Shown: piece by piece, positions 1-7,504 of the stretch | Numbering within the stretch: the first letter of the stretch is position 1 | How the letters are laid out: each line of letters opens with the position of its first letter | Assembly: GCA_043813365.1 (NCBI GenBank) | Contig: JBDRLB010000070.1 | Span: 1 to 23,865 of the forward strand | Direction of reading: 5' to 3' | DNA from: Candidatus Micrarchaeota archaeon | GTDB taxonomy: Archaea; Micrarchaeota; Micrarchaeia; Norongarragalinales; SBBD01 | Length of the DNA stretch: 23,865 nt | Translations under genes and position numbers: made by a program | Notes under the pieces: model-generated | The model's input: the letters and a program-made list of their open reading frames with translations, nothing else | What the model was told of the DNA's origin: nothing | Database searches by the model: none

Positions 1-224
1 CGGTTGAACGGATAAACAATGTCGAAAAGCTCGTCGCAGTGCCCGGAAATTATGATTTCCCGCATTCCCCTAGGGCTTTCATAAAAAGGGTTGCGATAAT
101 TCCCGGAGAAAAGGAAAAGAAGGAAATCGCCAAAACCATCGTGAACAAGCTTTCGGCGGATTCCATCGAGCTCGCGTATGAGCATGTTCTCCAGCTGATA
201 CCTGGGAATTCTGAAATAGCTTGA
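1..224 (+). CDS. 3' end of a protein of unknown function (5'-truncated by window edge)
   Basis: Frame open from base 3 (VERINNVEKLVAVPGNYDF...) to TGA at 222-224, followed by a T-rich tract; converges on argF. No family recognised. Confidence 0.6.
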   Translation, partial: VERINNVEKLVAVPGNYDFPHSPRAFIKRVAIIPGEKEKKEIAKTIVNKLSADSIELAYEHVLQLIPGNSEIA

Positions 225-243
225 TCTTGTTTATTTTGCCAAT

Positions 244-1158
244 TCAGAATTTGCCGAGTAAAAATAGCATCAAGGCTTTTTGAGCATGCATCCTATTCTC
301 CGCCTGCTGGAAAACCACGGATTGCTTGCTCTCGATCACATCCGCAGTTACCTCATATCCCTTGTTTGCGGGAAGGCAGTGCATGAAAATCGCATCCGGC
401 TTCGCGTTCTGCATGAGTTTCGCATTCACCTGGAATTCCCCGAACTCCTTCATCTTCTGCTCCTTCAAATGCTCCTCTCCCATCGAGATCCAGACATCCG
501 TATAAACTACATCCGCATCCTTTACTGCCTCCGAAGCGGAATTGAATAATTGCACTTTCGCACCGCTCATTTTTGCATATTCCCCCGCCTTCTTTACCAA
601 TTCCCTGTTTGGCTCGTATTTTTTGGGCGTCCCGGCTGAGAAATTTATCCCCGCCATGGCGCACGCGAGCATCAGGGAGTTGCACACATTGTTTCCATCG
701 CCGACATAAGCGACTTTCACATTTTTCCATCCCTTAAGCTCCTTTACGGTTTGGATGTCTGCAAGCGCTTGGCACGGATGCTCCAGATCGGAAAGCGCAT
801 TAATCACCGGAACTTTAGAATATTTCGCCAAATCCGCAACAGTCTGGTGCTTGAATACCCTCGCCATCACGATGTCCGAATATGCCGCCATCGTCCTTGC
901 CGTATCCGCAATATCTTCCTTTCCTGCCGAGAGCTGCGATCCCGTGAAATTCACCGCGTGCCCCCCGAGCTGGGTCATTCCAATTTCGAACGACAGCCTT
1001 GTTCTCGTGGATGTTTTCTCAAAAAGCATTATCAGGCTCTTATGGTCCAGCTCGTGGTAGTATTTCTCCTTGTTCTTCTTCAGCTCGATCGCCTTGTCAA
1101 TGATTTTCCCGACTTCCTGCGGCTGCAGATCCCCCATTCCAACTAGATGACGAACCAT
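244..1158 (-). CDS. argF: ornithine carbamoyltransferase
   Basis: FEKTSTRTR carbamoyl-phosphate motif, HPCQ, DVWISMG (OTC-type SMG loop), HCLP, QAENR. Start placed at ATG 1158 (MVRHLVG) after a GGGGGG SD-like tract; the track's longer start would overlap argH. Confidence 0.95.
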   Translation of the reverse strand: MVRHLVGMGDLQPQEVGKIIDKAIELKKNKEKYYHELDHKSLIMLFEKTSTRTRLSFEIGMTQLGGHAVNFTGSQLSAGKEDIADTARTMAAYSDIVMARVFKHQTVADLAKYSKVPVINALSDLEHPCQALADIQTVKELKGWKNVKVAYVGDGNNVCNSLMLACAMAGINFSAGTPKKYEPNRELVKKAGEYAKMSGAKVQLFNSASEAVKDADVVYTDVWISMGEEHLKEQKMKEFGEFQVNAKLMQNAKPDAIFMHCLPANKGYEVTADVIESKQSVVFQQAENRMHAQKALMLFLLGKF

Positions 1159-1213
1159 TTTTATCCCCCCCGAATAATCAGATTTGTTGAAAGAGCTAGG
1201 GGAAAAGAATTTT

Positions 1214-2386
1214 TTAAGCTTCTTTAACGGCAAAGTACGCCTCCCGGAACGGCTTTCCGCCCAAAGCAAGCATCGCGGCCGCTTTTGCGGTTCCCATTTC
1301 CTCCGTTAAAGAACCCGCCATTTTTTCCTTGTTGATTTTGATAATACCGAGCACGAGTTGGAGCATTTCCAATGACTCTATGGATATCTCAAACGCCTCG
1401 ATAAGCGGCTTTTTCATTTCCTGATGGTCCTTGTTGTAGCCGGAAGGCAAATTAAGTGCGATCATTTGGATTTCATTCTGCTTTGCAAATACTTTTCCCG
1501 CGCTGGTTCGCAGTAGCTCGAGCGCATCCGGATTTTTCTTATGCGGCATCATGCTGCTTCCGGTTGTTATACCCTCATCCAGCTCAACAAAGCCGAACTC
1601 TTCCGTGTTCCAAAGCATCAGGTCGGTTGCCATCTTGTTGACGTCCATCATTGTTTGCGCAAGAATGCCGCAAATTAGCGCCCCTTCCTTCATTCTTGAA
1701 TTCTGCGCTGCAATCCCGTTTACTTCCAATTTGGAAAATTCCAGCTCATGGGCTATCCCTTCCCAATCAAGGTCAATGGTGCTTCCGTAGCCTGCGGCCG
1801 TTCCAATTGGGCAATAATCGATTTGGGAAATTGCAAAATTGAGCGCTTCCACATCCTTCTCGAGCAGCTTCTCGAATCCTTCGCACCAGTAGCCGAATGT
1901 GCTAGGCATTGCCTTCTTCATATGAGTGTATCCCGGCATCACAGTTGCATTATGTTCTGATGCCAATCCGGATAATTGATCAATCAGGCCGTTCAGGAAC
2001 ACGATGGCCTCCTTCAGCTTGTCCTTTTCATATAATCTCAAGACAGCCAGTGCCTCATCATTCCTTGATTTTCCGATATGCACCTTTTTTCCGGTTTCCC
2101 CCAATGTTCCTATGAGGCAATTCTCAATTTTAGTGTGCGAATCCTCCTCCCCTAATTCGATTTTCGCATTCCCGCCAATTGCATCAGCTTCTAATTGGAG
2201 AAGGCATGCTTGTATGTCCCGAAGTTCCTTCAAATTCAGTATCCCCGCCTCATGCAATGCGCCGCTATGCGCGGAAACCACTTTGCAGTTGTAGGGAAGC
2301 AGCACCAAATCCGCTTCGCAATTCCCCTTGTTCAAAAATTCAAGCAATTTCCTTTGCATATTCCTGTTGTTTCCCCACATTGCCAT
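1214..2386 (-). CDS. argH: argininosuccinate lyase (short, 390 aa)
   Basis: GKSRND, MPGYTH, GSSMMPHKKNPD fumarate-lyase signature, LPSGYNKD; lies between argG and argF. Confidence 0.93.
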   Translation of the reverse strand: MAMWGNNRNMQRKLLEFLNKGNCEADLVLLPYNCKVVSAHSGALHEAGILNLKELRDIQACLLQLEADAIGGNAKIELGEEDSHTKIENCLIGTLGETGKKVHIGKSRNDEALAVLRLYEKDKLKEAIVFLNGLIDQLSGLASEHNATVMPGYTHMKKAMPSTFGYWCEGFEKLLEKDVEALNFAISQIDYCPIGTAAGYGSTIDLDWEGIAHELEFSKLEVNGIAAQNSRMKEGALICGILAQTMMDVNKMATDLMLWNTEEFGFVELDEGITTGSSMMPHKKNPDALELLRTSAGKVFAKQNEIQMIALNLPSGYNKDHQEMKKPLIEAFEISIESLEMLQLVLGIIKINKEKMAGSLTEEMGTAKAAAMLALGGKPFREAYFAVKEA

Positions 2387-3599
2387 TCTCCTGCACCTTT
2401 TTCCACATCCTTGTCTGCAAACTATAAAGCTCTATGAACCCCGGCGAGCACTGCTGGCTGAAAGTCTGGTTTTCCCCGTAGGTAGCAAGGTTCAAATCGT
2501 AAAGCATATTTGCTGATTTTCGCCCCACTACTTGCGCGTTCCCCTTGAACAATTTCAAAGTCACTTCCCCGCCCACATTTTCATTTGCGCTCCCAAAAAC
2601 TGCATCCAAATTTTCCTTAAGTGGATCCTGCCAAAGCCCGCAATAAACCATCTGTGCCCATTTCTCCTCCAGCATTGGCAGGAAATGGTTTTGATGGATC
2701 GTGCTGACCGATTTTTGCAGATCCTTGTGCGCCTTCAGGATGCAAATTGCGCCGGGGCACTCATAAACCTCCCGGCTTTTCAGCCCCACAACCCGGTCCT
2801 CCATATGGTCGATGATCCCAATTCCGTGCGATCCTGCAATCAGGTTGAGCTGCGAAATCAATTCAACCGGCCCCTTCTTTACCCCATTAATAGCAACCGG
2901 CAACCCCTGTTCAAATCCCAATTTCACATATTCCGGCTCGTCCGGCGCATTCGTGGGCAAAGTACACCACTCGAACGCATCCTCCGGCGGCTCCATTTCC
3001 GGCTGCTCAAGAACATCGCATTCCACGCTTCTTCCCCATAAATTCTCATCCGTCGAATACTTTGATTTCTGGGGGATCGGAATCCCATTCTCTCCCGCAT
3101 ACTTGATTTCCGCCTCCCGGCCCATCTTCCAGCTTCTTATTGGGGCAATGATTTTCATTTCCGGCTTCATGGCCAAAATCGAGGCCTCCAATCTTACCTG
3201 GTCGTTCCCCTTTCCAGTGCAGCCGTGTGCTATAGCATCCGCACCCTCCATCAGTGCGATTTCAACCGCCTTCTTTGCAATGAGCGGCCTTCCTAGCGCG
3301 GTGCTTATGGGGTAGGCTCCTTCATAAAACGCATTCGCCTTGATTGCTTTTCCAACATAATCATATGCAAATTCCTCCTTAGCATCGACCACGTACGACT
3401 TTTCGGCCCCCAAATTTTCCGCCTTCTTCTTAATCTCATCAAAATCAGCCGGCTGCCCCAAATCCACAGTAAGCGTAATTAATTTGCACCCGTACTGCTC
3501 CTGAATCCATTTGAGCATGCAGGATGTGTCCAGCCCTCCCGAGTAAAGCAGGACCACTGTTTTCGCAGATTTTGCCTCATAGCTTGAATATAATCCCAT
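2340..3599 (-). CDS. argG: argininosuccinate synthase
   Basis: LLYSGGLDTS, HGCTGKGNDQVR, YSTDENLWGRSVE, GLKSREVYE motifs. ATG at 3599 preceded by GGTGAGG SD. Confidence 0.96.
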   Translation of the reverse strand: MGLYSSYEAKSAKTVVLLYSGGLDTSCMLKWIQEQYGCKLITLTVDLGQPADFDEIKKKAENLGAEKSYVVDAKEEFAYDYVGKAIKANAFYEGAYPISTALGRPLIAKKAVEIALMEGADAIAHGCTGKGNDQVRLEASILAMKPEMKIIAPIRSWKMGREAEIKYAGENGIPIPQKSKYSTDENLWGRSVECDVLEQPEMEPPEDAFEWCTLPTNAPDEPEYVKLGFEQGLPVAINGVKKGPVELISQLNLIAGSHGIGIIDHMEDRVVGLKSREVYECPGAICILKAHKDLQKSVSTIHQNHFLPMLEEKWAQMVYCGLWQDPLKENLDAVFGSANENVGGEVTLKLFKGNAQVVGRKSANMLYDLNLATYGENQTFSQQCSPGFIELYSLQTRMWKKVQENGNVGKQQEYAKEIA

Positions 3600-3604
3600 C
3601 TTCC

Positions 3605-3733
3605 TCACCAATCATCAAACATCTCGCATACCAACAATTTATCCCCCAAAATCCTTTCCGCCTTTTTCTTCGCCCCATCACCAATTATTTTCCTTTGATC
3701 CTCTTTCCCATTTTTTTTCATTTCAATCGCCAT
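3605..3733 (-). CDS. 42-aa small protein upstream of argG (MAIEMKKNGKEDQRKIIGDGAKKKAERILGDKLLVCEMFDDW)
   Basis: Hand translation. Fills the gap between the leader hairpin and argG; its TGA lies inside the argG SD (TGGTGAGGAAGATG). Confidence 0.45.
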   Translation of the reverse strand: MAIEMKKNGKEDQRKIIGDGAKKKAERILGDKLLVCEMFDDW

Positions 3734-3739
3734 TATTTT

Positions 3740-3774
3740 AAAAAAATGAGCGCCGCCTATTATTGGCGGCATCA
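3740..3774 (-). terminator. hairpin plus T7 terminator-like element in the arg operon leader
   Basis: Minus strand TGAT-GCCGCC-AATAATA-GGCGGC-GCTCA-TTTTTTT. Confidence 0.65.
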
Positions 3775-3778
3775 GGAC

Positions 3779-3814
3779 TCATTTCTTCTTCTTGTGCTTT
3801 GATTTCTTTGGCAT
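3779..3814 (-). CDS. candidate leader peptide MPKKSKHKKKK
   Basis: Strong SD AAGGAGGGTGA 5 nt before the ATG; 7 of 11 codons are Lys; stop lies just before the terminator-like hairpin. Confidence 0.5.
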   Translation of the reverse strand: MPKKSKHKKKK

Positions 3815-3873
3815 CCGATTCACCCTCCTTCATCTCATTTTCCGCATATATCTTCTTTCCGGTCAAAACTAAA

Positions 3874-3901
3874 CAAATTTAAACATAAATGTTCAAATTT
3901 G
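3874..3901. promoter_or_regulatory. palindromic operator overlapping the TATA box of the divergent promoter region
   Basis: CAAATTTAAACAT-AA-ATGTTCAAATTTG, 12 of 13 positions symmetric; contains TTTAAA (3878-3883) about 23 nt before ATG 3906. Confidence 0.65.
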
Positions 3902-3905
3902 ATAT

Positions 3906-4532
3906 ATGGGAAAATCAGTCGCGAAGAAAACGGAGCAGATCCTGGAGTCCTCGCCCTACCTTCTGCGCGCACTTGATGGCGGCTATGCCAACATTTCAGA
4001 GGTTGCGCGGAAAATTGCTGGGGAAATGGGGGAAAAAGCCTCGCTGATTGCAGTTAGGGCGGCTGTAAAACGGTTTTCCGAGGGCAGGTCATCCAATTCC
4101 TCCGCAAATGAGAACAGGATAAAACGCTTGCTCAAGGAGAGCAAATTGGAGCTTGCGACGGGAATTTCTGTTATTGTTGTGAATCAGGCTGCATACGAAA
4201 ACCTGAGGATCCGGCCAAAAAATACACTTTCCGTCGTGAAGAGCAAAACCGGGGTCACAATAGTGTGCCCTGATGACTATTTGGCTTCTCTAGAGGCAAA
4301 ACTCCACCGGCACGACATTTTCATAAAAAACCGCGACCTCGTTTCCCTTTCCCTGATCACTCCGGAAAAGATAGAGGACACTCCGGGGGTTGTAGCATTT
4401 ATCACGGATAAACTAGCTGAGAACGGAATAAACCTGAAGGAATTCCTTAGCAGCTACAGGGATACGATGATGATTCTGGAAAAGAAGGATTCGCTCAAGG
4501 CATACCAGCTGATGGAGCGGCTTATTTCATAA
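3906..4532 (+). CDS. ACT-domain-containing protein, putative amino-acid-responsive regulator
   Basis: N-terminal helical segment (PYLLRALDGGYANISEVARKI) and C-terminal aspartokinase-like ACT motif (TPGVVAFITDKLAENGINLKEFLSSYRDTMMIL). Confidence 0.8.
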   Translation: MGKSVAKKTEQILESSPYLLRALDGGYANISEVARKIAGEMGEKASLIAVRAAVKRFSEGRSSNSSANENRIKRLLKESKLELATGISVIVVNQAAYENLRIRPKNTLSVVKSKTGVTIVCPDDYLASLEAKLHRHDIFIKNRDLVSLSLITPEKIEDTPGVVAFITDKLAENGINLKEFLSSYRDTMMILEKKDSLKAYQLMERLIS

Positions 4533-4578
4533 GGACTTCCGGACCCTGCCAATCCCGCCTTCGAAACCAATTTAAACC

Positions 4579-4598
4579 TGTATATGAATCCATATACA
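4579..4598. promoter_or_regulatory. perfect inverted repeat, likely RHH autoregulatory operator
   Basis: TGTATATG-AATC-CATATACA between TTTAAA (4571-4576) and the leaderless ATG at 4600. Confidence 0.6.
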
Positions 4599-4599
4599 C

Positions 4600-4953
4600 A
4601 TGAATTCAGTCATCGTGCCTGTCAGGTTCCCGAAGAAGGACGTGCAGTATTTCGACCGCATGGTTAAGCGGGGCTATTACGTGTCTCGCGGGGATGCGAT
4701 AAAAACACTCACACAAAAAAGCATCGACAGCGAGCTTTGGGAGGCATGGCACAACTTTTTAGAAGAAGGCAAAAAGTACAAACACCTCTATCCCGGCAAA
4801 ACCTCTGTTGAAATAGCGCGAGAGGCCAGGCAGGAAATATGGGCTGAATATATGCAAAAAGCCGGCGGGGATGAGGATAAAGCGGCCAAGCTCTTGACTG
4901 ATGAATCTAATCGCCGAGCTCGGGAAAGATATGGGAAAGTCTCCGGGCGTTGA
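4600..4953 (+). CDS. ribbon-helix-helix (CopG/Arc) protein, probable antitoxin
   Basis: IVPVRFPKKDVQYFDRMVKRGYYVSRGDAIK matches the RHH pattern; TSVEIAREAR resembles archaeal VapB C-termini. Confidence 0.75.
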   Translation: MNSVIVPVRFPKKDVQYFDRMVKRGYYVSRGDAIKTLTQKSIDSELWEAWHNFLEEGKKYKHLYPGKTSVEIAREARQEIWAEYMQKAGGDEDKAAKLLTDESNRRARERYGKVSGR

Positions 4954-5344
4954 TTTTTTGTTTCCTGAGCTCTTCAACCATCATTTTATCCTCACTTACA
5001 AGGATTGAGCCGGAATTTCTCGCTTTTACACCAAAAATGCAATCCTCGTAACCAATATTTATCCCGTTCGTCTTCAGAATTTTCATTAACCGTATTGCTT
5101 CCCTCCTTTCATTTGGCGAAATTTCAGTATAAATTAGCTTTTTCTTTTTCAACAACTTCTCCAGCTGATCAGCCAAACATCCGGCCAAATCCGGGTATTT
5201 CCTATAGATTTCCGATTCAATTAGTTCGCAGTAGATAATTTCAAATTCACAGCTTAGCGCCCTCTCAAAAAGCAGATTGGCTTGGGCCTTCTCCTCCCTT
5301 AATGCCCCCAAGTATATGTTCGTATCCAGGAACAGCCTTCCCAT
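4907..5344 (-). CDS. PIN-domain ribonuclease (VapC-like)
   Basis: LFLDTNIY, IESEI, YEDC, VSED acidic active-site pattern; 145 aa. Confidence 0.85.
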   Translation of the reverse strand: MGRLFLDTNIYLGALREEKAQANLLFERALSCEFEIIYCELIESEIYRKYPDLAGCLADQLEKLLKKKKLIYTEISPNERREAIRLMKILKTNGINIGYEDCIFGVKARNSGSILVSEDKMMVEELRKQKINARRLSHIFPELGD

Positions 5345-5471
5345 CCTCCATGCAGCCCGCCTCCTAAATCAGCTTGTGAATTCCGGCTTAAATCGGTTGG
5401 GTTGATGGGAAAGCAATGATTAGTTGATTGAAACCGGTTTATTTTGGAGGGATAGCGCGATAATAAGTAGT

Positions 5472-5749
5472 GCAGCCCCCCAGCGCGCGGCGGGTCGAAA
5501 AGGAAGTTCCAATGCAGTGAATCCCAAGCAAACCCTCCACGTTGTATTTCGCGAGCATGCCTTCGTGCGCTTATAGTTGCTCCTTCCGGCCTGGCTCATT
5601 CGCACGCGAACGCATAACGCAAAGCAACGCTTCGACGGGCAAGCAAGGGACTGCAATGAAGCTCCCTGCCCTTCCCGCAGCTATCACTCGCCTCAAAGGG
5701 ATTGGCGATTGCAGGGCACCCTTAACTCCCCGGCTAGCTGAAAGACTGC
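5472..5749 (-). ncRNA. ffs: archaeal signal recognition particle (7S) RNA
   Basis: Helix-8 motif GCCAGGCC-GGAA-GGAGCAAC; terminal helix GCAGTCTTTCAGC/GCTGGGGGGCTGC; Alu-like 5' domain (TAGCCGGGGAGTT...CCCTGCAATC); long helix-5 pairings; upstream TATA. Confidence 0.92.
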
Positions 5750-5772
5750 GTTCTAAATGTGCATACTGGAGC

Positions 5773-5780
5773 ATTTAAAA
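5773..5780 (-). promoter_or_regulatory. TATA box of the SRP RNA gene
   Basis: TTTTAAAT on the minus strand about 24 nt upstream of the predicted 5' end. Confidence 0.6.
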
Positions 5781-5870
5781 GTATCCTTATCGGCAGCAGT
5801 TCGATGAAAAGCGAAACAGAAGCCTGATCAAAAAACCTATCTTTTTAAAGCGGGAAACCGTATTGAAATC

Positions 5871-7313
5871 ATGTTCACAGCAAAGGTGCAGGTGGATTAC
5901 CCGTTCTCGCAGTACATCATTGAGGAAAAGCCGCTTTCCGCAGATCTGGAGTATATCCTGAACGATTTCATCAAATTATTCACGCAGAAGATGCCCCTCA
6001 AGGATTTCTCGAAAGCGTACAAGCTTGAGGAGAACGAGCGCTATTACAAGGAATTCCTCAGCACATTCGACCAGGCGAAGGTTGGCAAGCCTTTGCCCTC
6101 AGAGGAACGCAGGCAGATGCGCGAGCAATTCAACGTGCTGCTTGCAATGGTGATCCCCGACCCGGTTTCGCAGAAACTTCTGGCGCAGCAGCTGCTCACC
6201 CAGCTATTCGGGCTTGCCGTGCTTGAGCCGCTGTTTGAGGACGACGAGCTTGAGGAAATCATGGTGAACGGCCCGAACGAGATTTTCGTTTTCCACCGCA
6301 AATTGGGAATGTGCAAAACGAACCTCAAATTCAAGAGCGAAAAGCAGATGCTCGAACTGCTGCAGCAGGTGCTTCCCGACGAGAGGAAGACCGTTGAGGA
6401 TTTGCGTTTGCCGGATGGAAGCAGGGGGAACATCGTCTTCCCGCCAGCTGTTGACCGTACCACTTTGACAATAAGGAAGTTCAAACAGCAGCCGCTCACA
6501 ATTACGGAGCTTATCAAGAACGGCACGCTGACCCTCGACACGACCGCATTCCTCTGGGTAGCCATCGAAGGGTATAGGCTGCATCCGCTCAACATTCTGA
6601 TAGTGGGGGAAACCGCAAGCGGCAAAACCACAACCCTCAATGCACTCAGCAGCTTCATCCCCCCTTCCGAAAGGGTTGTGAGCATGGAAGACACGCGCGA
6701 AATAAACCTCTACGACATGGACAACTGGGTGCCCATGAAAACAACCGACCACGTTGACCTGGAAGGGCTTGTCAAGAATTCGCTAAGGATGCGGCCCGAC
6801 AGGCTGATCATCGGGGAAGTTAGGGGCAACGAGGCGCACCCGCTTTTCACGGCCATGAACATCGGCCATAGGGGAATGCTTGCGACTCTCCATGCACAGG
6901 ACGCCCGGGACGTTATCTCGAGGCTGGAAAATTTTCCCATGAACGTGCCAGCCAACCTCATACCCCTAGTTGACCTTGTTGTTGTTCAGCACAGAATTTA
7001 TAACAAAAAGGAAGGGGTCATACGCAGGGTCACTGAAATCACCGAATTCGACTGGCTTGACCAGCTGGTGACGCAGAACCAGATTTTCCTTTTCAAAGTA
7101 GAGAAGCTGCATTGCGAGAGGACGGAACTGCCCTCGCAATCGGTTGAGAAGCTCTCCAGGACTACCGGGAAAACCGTTTCGGAAATCCATGCGGACCTCC
7201 TCCAGCGCAAGAAGCTGCTGACTTACCTCATTGACAACAACATCACAAAAATGGAGGATGTGAACCTGTTCATGCGGAAATATTACGCCGAAATGGAATC
7301 TGCCAAGGACTGA
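5871..7313 (+). CDS. type II/IV secretion or type IV pilus assembly ATPase (CpaF/TadA/ArlI, VirB11 family)
   Basis: EEIMVNG, TLTIRKF, Walker A GETASGKTT, Asp box SMEDTRE, Walker B LRMRPDRLIIGEVRG, His box GH...TLHA. Confidence 0.92.
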   Translation: MFTAKVQVDYPFSQYIIEEKPLSADLEYILNDFIKLFTQKMPLKDFSKAYKLEENERYYKEFLSTFDQAKVGKPLPSEERRQMREQFNVLLAMVIPDPVSQKLLAQQLLTQLFGLAVLEPLFEDDELEEIMVNGPNEIFVFHRKLGMCKTNLKFKSEKQMLELLQQVLPDERKTVEDLRLPDGSRGNIVFPPAVDRTTLTIRKFKQQPLTITELIKNGTLTLDTTAFLWVAIEGYRLHPLNILIVGETASGKTTTLNALSSFIPPSERVVSMEDTREINLYDMDNWVPMKTTDHVDLEGLVKNSLRMRPDRLIIGEVRGNEAHPLFTAMNIGHRGMLATLHAQDARDVISRLENFPMNVPANLIPLVDLVVVQHRIYNKKEGVIRRVTEITEFDWLDQLVTQNQIFLFKVEKLHCERTELPSQSVEKLSRTTGKTVSEIHADLLQRKKLLTYLIDNNITKMEDVNLFMRKYYAEMESAKD

Positions 7314-7321
7314 TTTTTTTT
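7314..7321 (+). terminator. oligo(T) terminator
   Basis: T8 immediately after the ATPase stop codon. Confidence 0.55.
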
Positions 7322-7504
7322 GATTGGAGCGGTTGATAATGCAGAAGAAATTCCCCCCTGCTGATGCCTTTATTCATAATATGCGCAATTAAACGGAACA
7401 TTAATATCTCCGAAACCGCCTAATTCTCCCCCTCTTTCACTTCGAAAGTAATGACGGGGAATGCCTGCGATTAAAATTGAGCTTTAACTTTTTTTGTGAA
7501 ATAT

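Noticed and set aside
3605..3733. LysW/ArgW carrier protein (ends DDW)
   Set aside because: No CxxC zinc-ribbon pairs and no terminal EDWGE.
3524..3802. 92-aa + strand ORF
   Set aside because: Antisense to argG and its leader; low-complexity shadow frame.
5420..5778. Short ORFs of 67-78 aa
   Set aside because: They overlap the SRP RNA and have no protein-like features.
5490..5830. RNase P RNA on the + strand (GGAAGTTCC ... AACAGAAG)
   Set aside because: The two segments cannot form P4, and the region is fully explained by an SRP RNA on the minus strand.
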